Of a stretch of DNA of 64,000 nucleotides, positions 39,394-49,869 are shown piece by piece. Numbering within the stretch: the first letter of the stretch is position 1; each line of letters opens with the position of its first letter. Location: contig OZ242351.1 in assembly GCA_965208675.1 (NCBI GenBank), positions 2,240,001 through 2,304,000 on the forward strand, read 5' to 3'. Origin of the DNA: Candidatus Poribacteria bacterium (GTDB lineage Bacteria > Poribacteria > WGA-4E > PCPOR2b). A program made the position numbers and the translations under genes. Under the pieces are notes generated by a model. The model did not search any database. It had not been told where the DNA came from and saw only the letters and a list, made by a program, of their open reading frames with translations.

Positions 39394-39867
39394 ATGAGCG
39401 AAAAAGAGGTATTAATATTCACTGACGGCGCCTGTCTCGGTAACCCGGGTAAGGGTGGATACGGCGTTGTGCTCTGTTATAATGGCAACCAGAAGCAGTT
39501 ATCCGGAGGGTTCCGTCTCACCACAAACAACCGGATGGAAATCATGGCGGCAATTGTCGGATTGGAGGCGCTGAAGTCGCCCTGCTCGGTTACGCTGTAC
39601 ACGGATTCAAAATACCTCGCCGACGCAATCACCAAAGGGTGGGCGCGGCGATGGCGAGCAAAGGGATGGTGGAGAACGGACAAAGAAAAAGCCTTAAATG
39701 CCGACCTGTGGACGAGATTGCTGGATTTGTGCGAGCAACATAATGTCAAATTCCGCTGGATTAAAGGGCACGCGGGGCATGAGTGGAATGAGATTTGCGA
39801 TAAGATTTCAAAGGAAGCCGCAGGTGCCCCTAATCTTCCTGATGATGATGGGTATGTAGCGCATTAG
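39394..39867 (+). CDS. rnhA: Ribonuclease HI
   Basis: [39 protein letters not shown]. Confidence 0.96.
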   Translation: MSEKEVLIFTDGACLGNPGKGGYGVVLCYNGNQKQLSGGFRLTTNNRMEIMAAIVGLEALKSPCSVTLYTDSKYLADAITKGWARRWRAKGWWRTDKEKALNADLWTRLLDLCEQHNVKFRWIKGHAGHEWNEICDKISKEAAGAPNLPDDDGYVAH

Positions 39868-39896
39868 TGCAAGCGGAAAGCACGGAGAGCGGGATA

Positions 39897-40268
39897 ATGA
39901 TTGGAAAGATAGCCACATCGGCGGTCTACGTGACAAATCAAGATAAAGCCATACAGTTTTGGGGAGAACAGGTCGGCTTTGAAATACGCCGTGATTTACC
40001 CATGGGCCCCGGTGCAAAATGGATTGAAATGGCGCCGCCGGGCGCCGAATCCTGCATCGTCATCTACCCAAAAAGCATGATGGAGGATTGGGCTGAACGG
40101 AAGCCATCCATGGTGTTTGAATGCGAGGATATAGAACAAACTCACAGGGAGATGGCTGCGCGGGGTGTAGAATTTTCACAGGAACCTAAGGAAATGCCGT
40201 GGGGTATGTTCGCCATCTTTTTGGACCCCGAAGGCAATTGGTACGGTTTACGAGAAGCATCCAAATAA
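39897..40268 (+). CDS. VOC/glyoxalase-family protein
   Basis: V.NQDKA..FW...GF, GV.F..EP..MPWG..A.F.DPEGN. Confidence 0.88.
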   Translation: MIGKIATSAVYVTNQDKAIQFWGEQVGFEIRRDLPMGPGAKWIEMAPPGAESCIVIYPKSMMEDWAERKPSMVFECEDIEQTHREMAARGVEFSQEPKEMPWGMFAIFLDPEGNWYGLREASK

Positions 40269-40314
40269 AACACGCTACCTTCACTCGCGCTGCTGAAATC
40301 TTTGCCCTCTCATC

Positions 40315-43146
40315 TCACTTTGCCGACATCCAATTGTCCCCAATCCCTACCTCCGTCCGAAGGGGAACTCGCAACGTCATCGCGCCTTCCATTTCCTCGC
40401 GCACAACGGCTGCATGTGCGTCAGCGAACGATTCAGGCGTTTCATATACCAATTCGTCGTGAATCTGTAGCAGCAGTTTCAACGGCAAACAGTCTCCATC
40501 AATGCGCCGCTGCACGTTCACCATCGCCGCTTTAATTAAGTCTGCCGCGCTGCCCTGAACCACCGTGTTGAACGCTAAACGTTCACCTTGACTTTGACGG
40601 TGCCGGTTCGAGGAGTGAATCTCCGGGATAGCCCGCCGCCGTCCGGTGAGCGTGCAAACATATCCGTGTTCCAAAGCCTGTTGGATACACCGATTCAAGA
40701 AAATCTCGATTCCCGGAAAGCGTTCCTTGTAGTCGTTAATCAACGCCGTAGCGGTCTTTACGTCCATACCCTTAATCCGCCGCGCGAGTCCAAACGGGGA
40801 TACTCCATAGATGATGCCAAAATTTATCGTCTTCGCACGGTCGCGCTGTTCCCGCGTCACGCTCTCAATCGGGACGCCGTACACCTGCGAAGCCACGGAC
40901 GTGTGGATGTCAAGTCCTTTCTCAAACACCTCAATCAAGCCAGGGTCTTCGCTGAAGTGAGCGAGCAACCGGAGTTCAATCTGTGAGTAGTCGGCGCAGA
41001 TGAGTTTTTTGCCATCCGGGGCTTTGAATGCCTTACGAAGTTGGCGTCCCACCTCTGTCCGCACCGGGATATTTTGTAGGTTGGGCCCGTGCGACGCCAA
41101 CCTCCCTGTTGCAGTGGTGAGTTGATGGAACGTGGCATGAATGCGCCCCGTCTCCTTGTTGACCGCGTTTCGAAGTTGATCAAGGTAGGTGCTAGTCAAT
41201 TTGGTGAGTTGGCGGTACTCAATAATAAGACGCGGTATCGTCGTGTGAGGCTGATTCAAGTCCTCCTGCGCGGTGAGCCGTTCCAACACGGTCACGTCCG
41301 TACCCCACCGGCCGCTCTTCGTCCGTTTCACCGGCTCAAAACCGAGTTTGTCGAAGAGCACCTCCCCAAGTTGCTGCGTGGACTCCAGATGGAATTCGCC
41401 GCCGGCAAGCTCCCAAATTTCCGTGCGGAGTGCGTCGATTCGCTCGTTGATAATTTCGCCTTGCCGCGCCAACTCCTCCGGATCGCAGACAACGCCGTTG
41501 AACTCAATCTCCGCAATGATTGGCGCGAGCGGCGATTCAATTTCGCGTACAAGGGCAGTAATGCCCATCTCCTCCAACTTGGGCAGTAGGTGGTGATACA
41601 AGCGAAGCACGATGTCAGTGTCCTCGGAGGCATAGGTGGTAACCTGCGCCAACGGAATCGTGTCGATAGCTCTCTCTTCCTCACCCTCACCTATCAGGTC
41701 AGCGATTGGAATCATTTTATAGTTAAGGTGAAGCAAGGCGACGGTATCCAGCCGGTGCCCCGGTTGTTCAGGATCGATTAACAGGCTGGCGAGCATCGTA
41801 TCAAAAACGACGCCGCGCAGTTTAGAACCGTTTCGCAGCAGCACGTGCGCATCAAACTTCAGATTGTGACCGCACTTGTGCAGATTGCTGTCTTCCAAAA
41901 TCGGTTTCAGGGCACCTAAGACAGTTTCAGTATCGAGGTGTTCGCTCGGATTTGGCGAGCGAACCGGAACATAAACGCCGCGCCCAGGCTCCCATGAGAA
42001 ACTCAAACCGCAGAGCGCTGCGTCTCGCGCCAGACTGGTCGTCTCCGTATCAACGCTGACAATCGGCTGATCACGGAGTGCCGCCGCGAGTTCTTCCAAC
42101 TGTCCCGGTGTCGTGATAGCAGTGTAGGTACCCGTGCTGGCGGTGCCGTAGTCGCCTTTTTCCAGAATCGCTGTCGTTTGCTCTTCCAAAACTGCGACCC
42201 GCTCCTTCCTTGTCGTGGGAGTGGGAACTTTCGCGGAAACCGCCGGTTCGGTGCCATCGGTTAGTTGCTCCAACTCCCTCCGAAACCGGTTAAACCCCAA
42301 CTGCTCAAACAGCAGCATAAGTTTTTGGCGGTCAATGGAGTCGACCCGCGCTTGATCTAGCGAAAACGGGAAGTCGGCGTCGCGTTTCAGTGTCACAAGG
42401 GTACGCGAAAGGGGCAAATGGGCACGTGCCTTGTCCAAATTTTCTCGACGTTTGCCTTTAATCTTGTCGATATTCTCGAATATACCGTCAATCGATCCAA
42501 AATCTTGTATCAGTTTGGCGGCGGTTTTTGGCCCAATGCCTTCAACACCGGGGACGTTGTCCACTTTATCGCCCATCAATGCAAGCAAATCAACCACTTG
42601 CGCCGGTGTTATGCCTTTATCCTTTTGCAGCGATGCCGCATCAATTGTTGCGTCTGAATGGATATCAAACATCGTAACGCGATCGCCGAGGAGCTGCTCA
42701 AGATCTTTGTCTTTAGAGACGATGCGGATTCGCAAGCCGTCGCATGCGGAGTCGTCAAGTAGGCGTTGGGTAATTGTGGCGATAACATCGTCGGCTTCTA
42801 AACCCGGCACACCGACGATTGGGATACCGAATAGTTCGGTTACCTCCAGAATTCGGGGTATCTGTGAGATTAGGTCGTCCGGGGTAGTCTCGCGAGTACC
42901 TTTGTACTCGTCATAGAGATCGTCGCGAAACGTCTTGCCGGGCATATCAATCGCGGCTACAACATAGTTTGGGCGAAACTGAGAGAGGAGTTTAAACAAC
43001 ATACCCGTGAAGCCGAAGACGGCGTGGGTCGGTTCTCCCGTAACAGAACTGCGCAATCCACCGCGAATGGCGTAGTACGCACGGAATATCTGTGCGTGCC
43101 CGTCAATTAGGTATAAAGTTTCAACCTGTTTATGTTCTGCCTCCAT
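40315..43146 (-). CDS. polA: DNA polymerase I
   Basis: LIDGH..FRAYY, EADDVIAT, GD..DNVPGV.GIGPKTA, DTET, TGRLAS..PNLQNIP, DYSQIELR, AK.INFGIIYG, QIHDEL. Confidence 0.97.
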   Translation of the reverse strand: MEAEHKQVETLYLIDGHAQIFRAYYAIRGGLRSSVTGEPTHAVFGFTGMLFKLLSQFRPNYVVAAIDMPGKTFRDDLYDEYKGTRETTPDDLISQIPRILEVTELFGIPIVGVPGLEADDVIATITQRLLDDSACDGLRIRIVSKDKDLEQLLGDRVTMFDIHSDATIDAASLQKDKGITPAQVVDLLALMGDKVDNVPGVEGIGPKTAAKLIQDFGSIDGIFENIDKIKGKRRENLDKARAHLPLSRTLVTLKRDADFPFSLDQARVDSIDRQKLMLLFEQLGFNRFRRELEQLTDGTEPAVSAKVPTPTTRKERVAVLEEQTTAILEKGDYGTASTGTYTAITTPGQLEELAAALRDQPIVSVDTETTSLARDAALCGLSFSWEPGRGVYVPVRSPNPSEHLDTETVLGALKPILEDSNLHKCGHNLKFDAHVLLRNGSKLRGVVFDTMLASLLIDPEQPGHRLDTVALLHLNYKMIPIADLIGEGEEERAIDTIPLAQVTTYASEDTDIVLRLYHHLLPKLEEMGITALVREIESPLAPIIAEIEFNGVVCDPEELARQGEIINERIDALRTEIWELAGGEFHLESTQQLGEVLFDKLGFEPVKRTKSGRWGTDVTVLERLTAQEDLNQPHTTIPRLIIEYRQLTKLTSTYLDQLRNAVNKETGRIHATFHQLTTATGRLASHGPNLQNIPVRTEVGRQLRKAFKAPDGKKLICADYSQIELRLLAHFSEDPGLIEVFEKGLDIHTSVASQVYGVPIESVTREQRDRAKTINFGIIYGVSPFGLARRIKGMDVKTATALINDYKERFPGIEIFLNRCIQQALEHGYVCTLTGRRRAIPEIHSSNRHRQSQGERLAFNTVVQGSAADLIKAAMVNVQRRIDGDCLPLKLLLQIHDELVYETPESFADAHAAVVREEMEGAMTLRVPLRTEVGIGDNWMSAK

Positions 43147-43437
43147 GTTCGTATCCTTTAGTAACAGAAACTACAGCGCTTTTTGCAGCCTTTTCGCTTG
43201 GGAATTATTTCAAACGTTGCTATAATGCAACAGTTTGGATAATCGAGGTATTCTAAGATTTTTTCCGCTCAGCAATCTGTCAGGGGTTTCAAAGGGAAGT
43301 CTTTCCATCCGATCTACTGCCTAATCGCTATTTTAACCGAATTGGCTATATAATGCAACCCACAAAACTCCGCTCATTTCCGAGCATTCAATGCCGATTT
43401 GCAAAAGAGTTTGGACTATATACGGGTAGAACTATAG

Positions 43438-43770
43438 TTGAAGAACGAACCTAAAAAAGCCATACTGGATAACTTCTTTTCCGAGAGTGATGATGTCCGC
43501 GCGGGGCAAATGTTTGGCTATCCGGCATATTACGTCGGGCGTTCGATGTTCGCTTGCCTCTACGAGGGGAAGATTGGTTTAAAGCTACCGGAAACGATGG
43601 CGAATGAGGCGAGAGAGAAGCGCGAAAACTCCTATTTTCAGCCTTATGGAAAACCTAAAATGCGGGAATGGATCCAGTTTGATTTCGACTCGGAAGGAGA
43701 CCTAGACCGGCAAAAACCTCTCCTAGATGCCGCCATTGCGTATGCGCAAACGAGAAGCAGTAAAAAATGA
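43438..43770 (+). CDS. TfoX-N-like protein
   Basis: MFGYPAYYV...MFA, KLP, F.PYG..MREW. Confidence 0.7.
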   Translation: MKNEPKKAILDNFFSESDDVRAGQMFGYPAYYVGRSMFACLYEGKIGLKLPETMANEAREKRENSYFQPYGKPKMREWIQFDFDSEGDLDRQKPLLDAAIAYAQTRSSKK

Positions 43771-43840
43771 ATGGCTATTACGGGGAGATTTCGGCTGGAA
43801 GTCATTGCTGCGTTAGAGATTGCACCGCTATGCCGCGACA

Positions 43841-43880
43841 AAGAAAAAGGGTCTGCCTAATGAATGGCAGACCCTCTTCT
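43841..43880 (-). terminator. Intrinsic terminator between convergent genes
   Basis: agggtctgcc-8 nt-ggcagaccct with a U-tract on the minus strand. Confidence 0.75.
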
Positions 43881-43906
43881 CATCAACAGCATGCGAACAT
43901 ATAGAC

Positions 43907-44479
43907 TCAAGGGAGTTGGGTGAAGACGCTGTCTTTACCCGGCACAGCTTCATCATTTACCTTGCTGTGGCACGCGTGGCACCCTTCGCCTCTTTTTCCA
44001 TCTATGTCGCCAGCGACGCCGATGAACACGTCATCCGCTGAATCGCGCTGATACTGGATGTACTTCCAGTTATTGTGGTCGGCATACATCGCATCGTCCA
44101 CTTTCCACATGACGGCGACACGCCAGAGGTAGCTGTTGGCGTCATCCATGATTTCCTTGACAATCGTGGTTCCGCTATGAAAGGTTTGCTCACTCGCATC
44201 TTCCAAGGTTTCGACGCCCGTCGCGTTTATATAGACGGTTCGGGTACCCGCCCCGTGTGCGCTGCCGCTCTCTTGCGGCACTTCAAATTTCGCGGGCGGC
44301 GCGCCGAGCTCAACGCTTCTCCAAGACTCGTACCCCGCAATATCTGACGGCAGGCCTGCTGCCAGCATTTGTTCGGACTCATCGTCCATTTCGGGCTCAT
44401 CGTCTTCTGAATCGCCGCAAGCCACGAATACAACACATCCAATCAAAATCGCAATCAGTACATTATGTCGATTTAACAT
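43907..44479 (-). CDS. Cytochrome P460/c'-beta family lipoprotein
   Basis: Lipobox FVAC; Y.SW, R.VYIN, F..GT.IVKE, AVMWK, W.Y, C-terminal CHACH followed by D.VF. Confidence 0.75.
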   Translation of the reverse strand: MLNRHNVLIAILIGCVVFVACGDSEDDEPEMDDESEQMLAAGLPSDIAGYESWRSVELGAPPAKFEVPQESGSAHGAGTRTVYINATGVETLEDASEQTFHSGTTIVKEIMDDANSYLWRVAVMWKVDDAMYADHNNWKYIQYQRDSADDVFIGVAGDIDGKRGEGCHACHSKVNDEAVPGKDSVFTQLP

Positions 44480-44809
44480 CGCGAATCCTCCTTCCTGTTT
44501 ATTTTGATAAAGACCTCACTGTTGTCAATCTGCGCAAATTGGTTGAACCTGAACTCTATAACAGTTGTCAACCATCGTAGATTCTGTAGCGCAGAACCAA
44601 GCCATTTTGAATTTAGATTCATAATCAATTGATTGGGGCTTGGCAATTTCCTGACAAACGGCGCATAGTATACACTATGCGTTTTTTGAAATCAACCGAA
44701 AATCCATTCACTTTATTCAATGGTTTGCCCAACCGTATGTCCCGAAAGAACGCCTGAGCTTGCCCCGCAGTTCCACAATCCCGGAGTTCCCGCATCGGCA
44801 CCGATACGC

Positions 44810-44839
44810 TTGACGAAACCCCATACGTGAGACTATAAT
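44810..44839 (+). promoter_or_regulatory. Sigma70-type promoter
   Basis: TTGACG-18 nt-TATAAT upstream of the RDD gene. Confidence 0.55.
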
Positions 44840-44942
44840 TATTCGTAGAATTTTGAGTTGGTGATTCCGCCCGATGTTAGAAGTACCTTAAATAGAAATT
44901 TGCCAATGAATTCGGTTCCGCTAACGAATTAGGAGGTGCCGT

Positions 44943-45374
44943 GTGCGCATTATCGAAGTGCAAGGAAGTCGTTATCAACTCGCTTCTTTAATGGAAAGAT
45001 GGGTCGGTCAATTATTAGATGGATTGATATATATGGCAATTGTCTTAGGAAGCTTGCTGATAAATTCCACGATTGGGTTAGCTATTGGCTTAGTTGCAGC
45101 CATTCTATACCTGCTTTTTCAGGATGGATTATCGAATGGTCAAAGCTGGGGTAAGAAAATAGTGAAGACGAAGGTGGTTCACTCATTTACAGCTACCCCT
45201 TGTACGTTTGGACAGTCCTTCATCAGGAATTTACTGCTTACTATGCTCAGTTGGATCGATTGGGTGTTCATTTTTGGTTGGAAAAGACAGCGTCTCGGTG
45301 ACAAAGCAGCACGCACACTCGTTGTTAAGGAAATTGGTTTGCTTGAAGTTCTGAAAGAACTTAACAATCCATGA
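44943..45374 (+). CDS. RDD-family membrane protein
   Basis: AS...R....LLD, GQS.GKKI...KVV, IRN, QRLGD..A.T.VV. Confidence 0.88.
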   Translation: MRIIEVQGSRYQLASLMERWVGQLLDGLIYMAIVLGSLLINSTIGLAIGLVAAILYLLFQDGLSNGQSWGKKIVKTKVVHSFTATPCTFGQSFIRNLLLTMLSWIDWVFIFGWKRQRLGDKAARTLVVKEIGLLEVLKELNNP

Positions 45375-45400
45375 TGCCATGAAAATGACCCAAATTCGTA

Positions 45401-45756
45401 GTTTTTGAATGTTGGGTTGAGCGATCAACCGACTGAATAAGGAGGGCGATAGTCTTCGCCTTCCAAACAGATGACAATAGAGATTCTACCCTTCAACATT
45501 GCCGGCAAATTGTCACATCACTTGCGAGCATTGATTCTGTTTGTACGTTGTTTGACTGTAACGTAACCCAACGATCAACTGAGCGAATAGCGAAGGCGAT
45601 AGTCTTCCCCGCACAGCACCACCGATAAATTGAACACATCGCAATCAACAAAAAACGTTGTGTTTAGCTGTACCCACCTATTCTCGAACGCGGTTAACCT
45701 GACGAACGCTTCGTTATTATGAATATCATTCGGGAAATCCGCTCAACCCAATCTAC
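45401..45756. mobile_element. REPIN/MITE-like element I (GTAGGTTGGGT family)
   Basis: Degenerate left end agtttttgaatgttgggttgagc; internal taacccaac; right end ccgctcaacccaatctac. Colinear with 48686-49017; holds two modules. Confidence 0.75.
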
Positions 45757-45926
45757 AATGCTTCTCAATGCGAATCTGCGCCTAGACCCTCTCGCGCGCT
45801 TTCGTTCCATTGCAAAAAAAAATCATCATGCCTGCGATATTTCATCTCCCAAGCGCGTCATTATAAATAGAAGGCGATTGAATTGACAACCGCCAACAAC
45901 ACATTCACTGGCATCGGGAGTGAAAA

Positions 45927-48686
45927 ATGGCGCTCAGCGAAATTGAATTAATTCAACGCACACTGGAAGGCGACGAGTCAGCGTACGGTTTTTTGGTCGA
46001 TAAATACAAAGCAGCCGTCCACGCGCTGGCTTACCGCAAACTTGGGGATTTCCACCATGCTGAAGAGATTACCCAAGATACCTTCCTCAAAGCGTATCAG
46101 AAACTATCGACACTCCGCGACCCGCATCGGTTTTCCGGCTGGCTTTACGTCATCGCCGCCCGGCTCTGTTTGTCATGGCGTCGAAAAGAAAGGTCACATA
46201 CACACGCTATCGACAACGTTGAGACAGCCGAGATGAATTCAATGGCTGTGGCGAAGCACGCCGACCAAAAGATTCGTGACGATGTACGCGATACGCTTGA
46301 AAATCTACCCGAAAGCGAGCGAACAGTGTTGACGCTCCACTATTTTGCAGGCATGACCTGCGAAGAAATCGGGCGTTTCATGGGGACATCGCGCAGCGCC
46401 ATTCTTAATCGACTTTATCGCGCCCGACGTCATTTAAAAGAGGAGATGACAGAAATGATACAGCAGACGTCAGGAGCATTTCAACTGCCATACACTGTGA
46501 CGCAACAGATCATAGGCAGAATCCGCGAACTTCAACCGGCTCCGCCGCCCTCCAGTAAACCCATTGTTCCGTGGATTGCTGTCGCGGCGCTCAGTTTAGT
46601 GGTTCTGTTCGTCGGGTTGGCACCACGACAGATGACCCATTTTCAGCATCCATATAGCCTTAACGCGCTAGAACCCGCGACGCTGGTCGACGTAATTGAT
46701 GCGCCGATAATTGACCTGCCCGTGACCAAACCGGCTCTTGTGAATCGACTGGGTACACCGAATGCGGAAAACACCCATGACGGCAACGGCGCATCCGATA
46801 ACGTTTTGGCGGCTGCAAAGGATCCCCAGAACGGCGAATGGATGCAGCTCGGCTGGACGCAAACCAATGGTCCCTACGGGGGTGAAATTCGCGCATTCCA
46901 TGCCACGCCGGAAGACGTAATCTTCACCGGAACGGCGGGGGCAGGTATTTTCCGCTCAGCCGATGGCGGCGATTTTTGGACGCCGGTCAATACAGGGTTG
47001 TCATACGACAGGGGAGAGGGTTTTATGCCTGTCAATGCCTTTGTACATAAAGACAACTCGCTCTACGCTGGCACGAGTGACGGTTTGTACGTTTCAACCA
47101 ACCGCGGAGAATCATGGCGCAGAATGACGCATGATCGTAAGTATTCTGGTGTCAATGGCGTGCTCTTTATCAACAATCGCCTCTACATTAGCACATTCGA
47201 AGACGGTGTTTGGTATACAGATGATAACGGGGATTCGTGGATACCGATTAACGATGGATTGGAAAACCTGGGTATTCGTGAATTTGCCGCGATGGGGACC
47301 ACCCTATTCGCGGGCACTCAGGACGGGGCTTTTCGCAGAAGAGCAAGTGAGAACTCGTGGACACCAATCAATGCAGGCTTTACAGTGCAACCGATTAATA
47401 TCGATGCCATCAACAAATCGCTTATTGAGTCGGGAGCGAATCCGTTGCGAATGAGCCAATTCCCATCGGGATTGCGGGTAGATTCGTTGGCTGTCATGGG
47501 AGATGCGCTTTACATGGGATTATACATGGGCAAAGACAAAGGGCTGTTTCGTTCAGTGGACGAAGGAGACTCCTGGACGCGAATCACCGCAGAATCGATG
47601 ATACATACCGTCGAAGCGTTATCGGTGTCGGGAACGATTTTGTACGCGAGTACCTTTGGAGGTGGTGTATTCCGTTCAAGCGATGGCGGCAATTCTTGGA
47701 CAGAAGTAAACGATGGCTTAACAAACCAAACGGTCTCTGCGTTGTTAGCCGTAAGTGAGGAAACTGTTTTCGTCGGAACGGATAGTGGCGTTTTCCGCTC
47801 TACGGATAGCGGAGATTCTTGGATTGAAGTCAACGCTGGCATGACGAATACGTGGGTAGACAATCTCGCGGTCGTTGGCGAAACCGTTTACGCCGGATTC
47901 GGCGATCGATTTGGTCATTCAGTTGACGGCGGAAAGTTATGGACGCCCGTGAAGAATGGCGCGGCACCGGCACAATACCATTTTTCCGCACTATTGGTTT
48001 CGGGCGGAAAACTTTATGCTGCTGCGACTCGCTTCGCCGATACCGTCGAAGGTGGCATATATCAGTTAGATGCAGAGCGAAATTCGTTGATAGAACTCTA
48101 CGTGGACAGGAGATTGTCTACAATCGAGTCCTTGGAAATTGTCGGTACGACATTCTATGTCGGAACCCAGGGTGATGGTGTTTTTCGTTGGGAGAAAGAC
48201 TTGGATTCATGGACAAATCTCGGATTGCAGGGCCATGCCATCGCGGCGTTGTCGGTGAATGAAAGGATTGTTTTCGTTGGAACTGGGCAGGGAGAGATTT
48301 TTCGCTTGAAAGACACTGAAAAATCATGGGAATTAACCAATGAAGACATGAATAGTGATGCTATAACAGAGCTCAAGTGGATTGGAACGACACTCTACGC
48401 CGCCACTTGGGATGTGGGCGTCTTCCGTTCCGATGACGGCGGCGATTCGTGGATACCAGTTAATGTTGGATTAGCTAATACATCGGTTATGACAATACAT
48501 GCTGACGGATCGACACTTTTTGCAGGAACATATTACAACGGTGTTTTTCGGTTGGCGCGTGAAAAAAATCTGTGGGAGCCGATCGGTTCACTCGCCCACC
48601 GGGTTGATTCGTTGGCGGTCCTTGATGGCGTCCTTTACGCAGGCACAACCGGGCGAGGCGTGTTCCGCATCCCGCTTGAGAAGTAG
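45927..48686 (+). CDS. ECF sigma factor fused via a TM helix to a BNR/beta-propeller sensor domain
   Basis: AEEITQDTFLKAY, FSGWLY.IA, LPE.ER.VL.L.Y..G....EI, RLYRAR..LK; TM IVPWIAVAALSLVVLFVGLA; repeated GVFRS.DGG.SW Asp-boxes. Confidence 0.9.
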   Translation: MALSEIELIQRTLEGDESAYGFLVDKYKAAVHALAYRKLGDFHHAEEITQDTFLKAYQKLSTLRDPHRFSGWLYVIAARLCLSWRRKERSHTHAIDNVETAEMNSMAVAKHADQKIRDDVRDTLENLPESERTVLTLHYFAGMTCEEIGRFMGTSRSAILNRLYRARRHLKEEMTEMIQQTSGAFQLPYTVTQQIIGRIRELQPAPPPSSKPIVPWIAVAALSLVVLFVGLAPRQMTHFQHPYSLNALEPATLVDVIDAPIIDLPVTKPALVNRLGTPNAENTHDGNGASDNVLAAAKDPQNGEWMQLGWTQTNGPYGGEIRAFHATPEDVIFTGTAGAGIFRSADGGDFWTPVNTGLSYDRGEGFMPVNAFVHKDNSLYAGTSDGLYVSTNRGESWRRMTHDRKYSGVNGVLFINNRLYISTFEDGVWYTDDNGDSWIPINDGLENLGIREFAAMGTTLFAGTQDGAFRRRASENSWTPINAGFTVQPINIDAINKSLIESGANPLRMSQFPSGLRVDSLAVMGDALYMGLYMGKDKGLFRSVDEGDSWTRITAESMIHTVEALSVSGTILYASTFGGGVFRSSDGGNSWTEVNDGLTNQTVSALLAVSEETVFVGTDSGVFRSTDSGDSWIEVNAGMTNTWVDNLAVVGETVYAGFGDRFGHSVDGGKLWTPVKNGAAPAQYHFSALLVSGGKLYAAATRFADTVEGGIYQLDAERNSLIELYVDRRLSTIESLEIVGTTFYVGTQGDGVFRWEKDLDSWTNLGLQGHAIAALSVNERIVFVGTGQGEIFRLKDTEKSWELTNEDMNSDAITELKWIGTTLYAATWDVGVFRSDDGGDSWIPVNVGLANTSVMTIHADGSTLFAGTYYNGVFRLAREKNLWEPIGSLAHRVDSLAVLDGVLYAGTTGRGVFRIPLEK

Positions 48687-49017
48687 TTTTTGTTGGTTGG
48701 GTTAAGCGATCAACCGACTGAATCGGGAGGTGAAATAATCTCTGCCTTCCCAGCAAGTGACAATTAAACTTCTACCCTTCAACATCACGGGCAAATTGTT
48801 GCATCGCTTCCGAGCAATGATTCTATTTGTACGTTGTTTGACTGTAGCGTAACCCGACGCTTTTCGTGTCCCCCAAACCCTTCCGGTCGACTAATCACTT
48901 CGCAATCCACAAAAGGCGTTGGGTTACACTTCATCTATCAAATCTCGGAAGTGGTTAACATGCCGATCAATTCGCTATAACAAACATCATTCGTGTAATC
49001 CGCTCAACCCAACCTAC
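48686..49017. mobile_element. REPIN/MITE-like element II
   Basis: gtttttgttggttgggttaagc ... gttgggttac ... ccgctcaacccaacctac; abuts the ECF stop codon. Confidence 0.75.
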
Positions 49018-49295
49018 AATGACTTTGGATGTACACCCCCTGCGAATGATCTCGACCAAATGTTCGATCCAATACCAGATCCATAGCCATTTTTGCAGCC
49101 CCTCCCATTTTATTCGTCCCAAGCAAAAAATCACCCACCATTTCAGAGCAAATACGCCTTGAAATATGTTAAAATACTATTCACAGACATCTGGGCGAAA
49201 CGACTAAATCGCGGAGGCTTTCAAGCGAACACTGTCCTAGCCGAAATTTAATGCTAGTGATATGTTGCGGTGATTTTTAGAGGTGGCGGTGTAAA

Positions 49296-49402
49296 TTGTC
49301 TGAATCAGGATGCTCAGGATAGAAGGTTGTCAGGACAATAAACGGGAACGCATAGAATCAATCCTGTAAATCTTAAAATCCCGTAAATCCTGATTCAGAC
49401 AA
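49296..49402. mobile_element. MITE-like element with TTGTCTGAATCAGGAT inverted ends
   Basis: ttgtctgaatcaggat ... atcctgattcagacaa with internal ~9-nt aggat/atcct subrepeats. Confidence 0.7.
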
Positions 49403-49661
49403 AATAAGTGAGATTTTGCGATAGCCAGTTGACAGTTGGGTATTCAAACGCACGCAACACCAAATTTTCACATTTTTCAATGACGTGCGCATGATATAAA
49501 AAACAAAGAAAAGAAAAACCAAATCCATCCCCGACGACAAAACCGATATTGAAACTCACTAAAGAACAGGAATGGGCAGCGAACCTCTACGTAGTAGGAC
49601 AAAGAATAGAAATCGCCAGCGTTCAAGCCAAACTACATTGCTTAGGGACGGACGGGAAAAG

Positions 49662-49706
49662 CAAAAAAAATGGGACGACGGGCATTTCGCCCGCCCTCCC
49701 CTTTTT
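49662..49706. terminator. Bidirectional intrinsic terminator
   Basis: aaaaaaaa-tgggacgacgggc-atttc-gcccgccctccc-cttttt: GC-rich stem with a U-tract on both strands. Confidence 0.75.
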
Positions 49707-49863
49707 AATCATTTTGTGTCGTAAGGACGTGATTTGATTTGTCGCCCTGACTTGACGCGTAATGTATTGTCTTGGGGTGTCGCCCTGACTCGATGCGTAC
49801 TGGTTTGTCTCGGTTGGTCGGTGAACCTTGTTTAATCCGACATTAGGATTAGGGCGACACAAC
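49662..49863 (-). ncRNA. Candidate novel ~200-nt small RNA with tandem 38-nt repeats
   Basis: Bounded by a promoter (49870-49898) and a terminator (49662-49706). No ORF starts inside it. The 5' gtgtcgccct is complementary to the repeat ends. Confidence 0.55.
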
Positions 49864-49869
49864 ACTACA

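Noticed and set aside
26374-43000. Many antisense or alternate-frame ORFs of 100-200 aa over porin, urt, ure and polA
   Set aside because: Shadow ORFs of well-supported genes, with no motifs of their own.
45573-45604. Hammerhead ribozyme reading of the module (CTGA..GA...GAA...GTC)
   Set aside because: CTGA is not conserved (CCGA, GCGA in other copies), the CUGANGA spacing and GAAA are missing, and stems I and III are absent.
49740-49815. CRISPR array
   Set aside because: Only two abutting units with no unique spacers, and no cas genes in the window.
49773-49860. tRNA (minus-strand stem ending in CCCA)
   Set aside because: No T-arm pairing, no TTC loop in the correct place and no anticodon arm.
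49400-49863. Complete type III toxin-antitoxin system
   Set aside because: No toxin-sized ORF follows the terminator on the minus strand.
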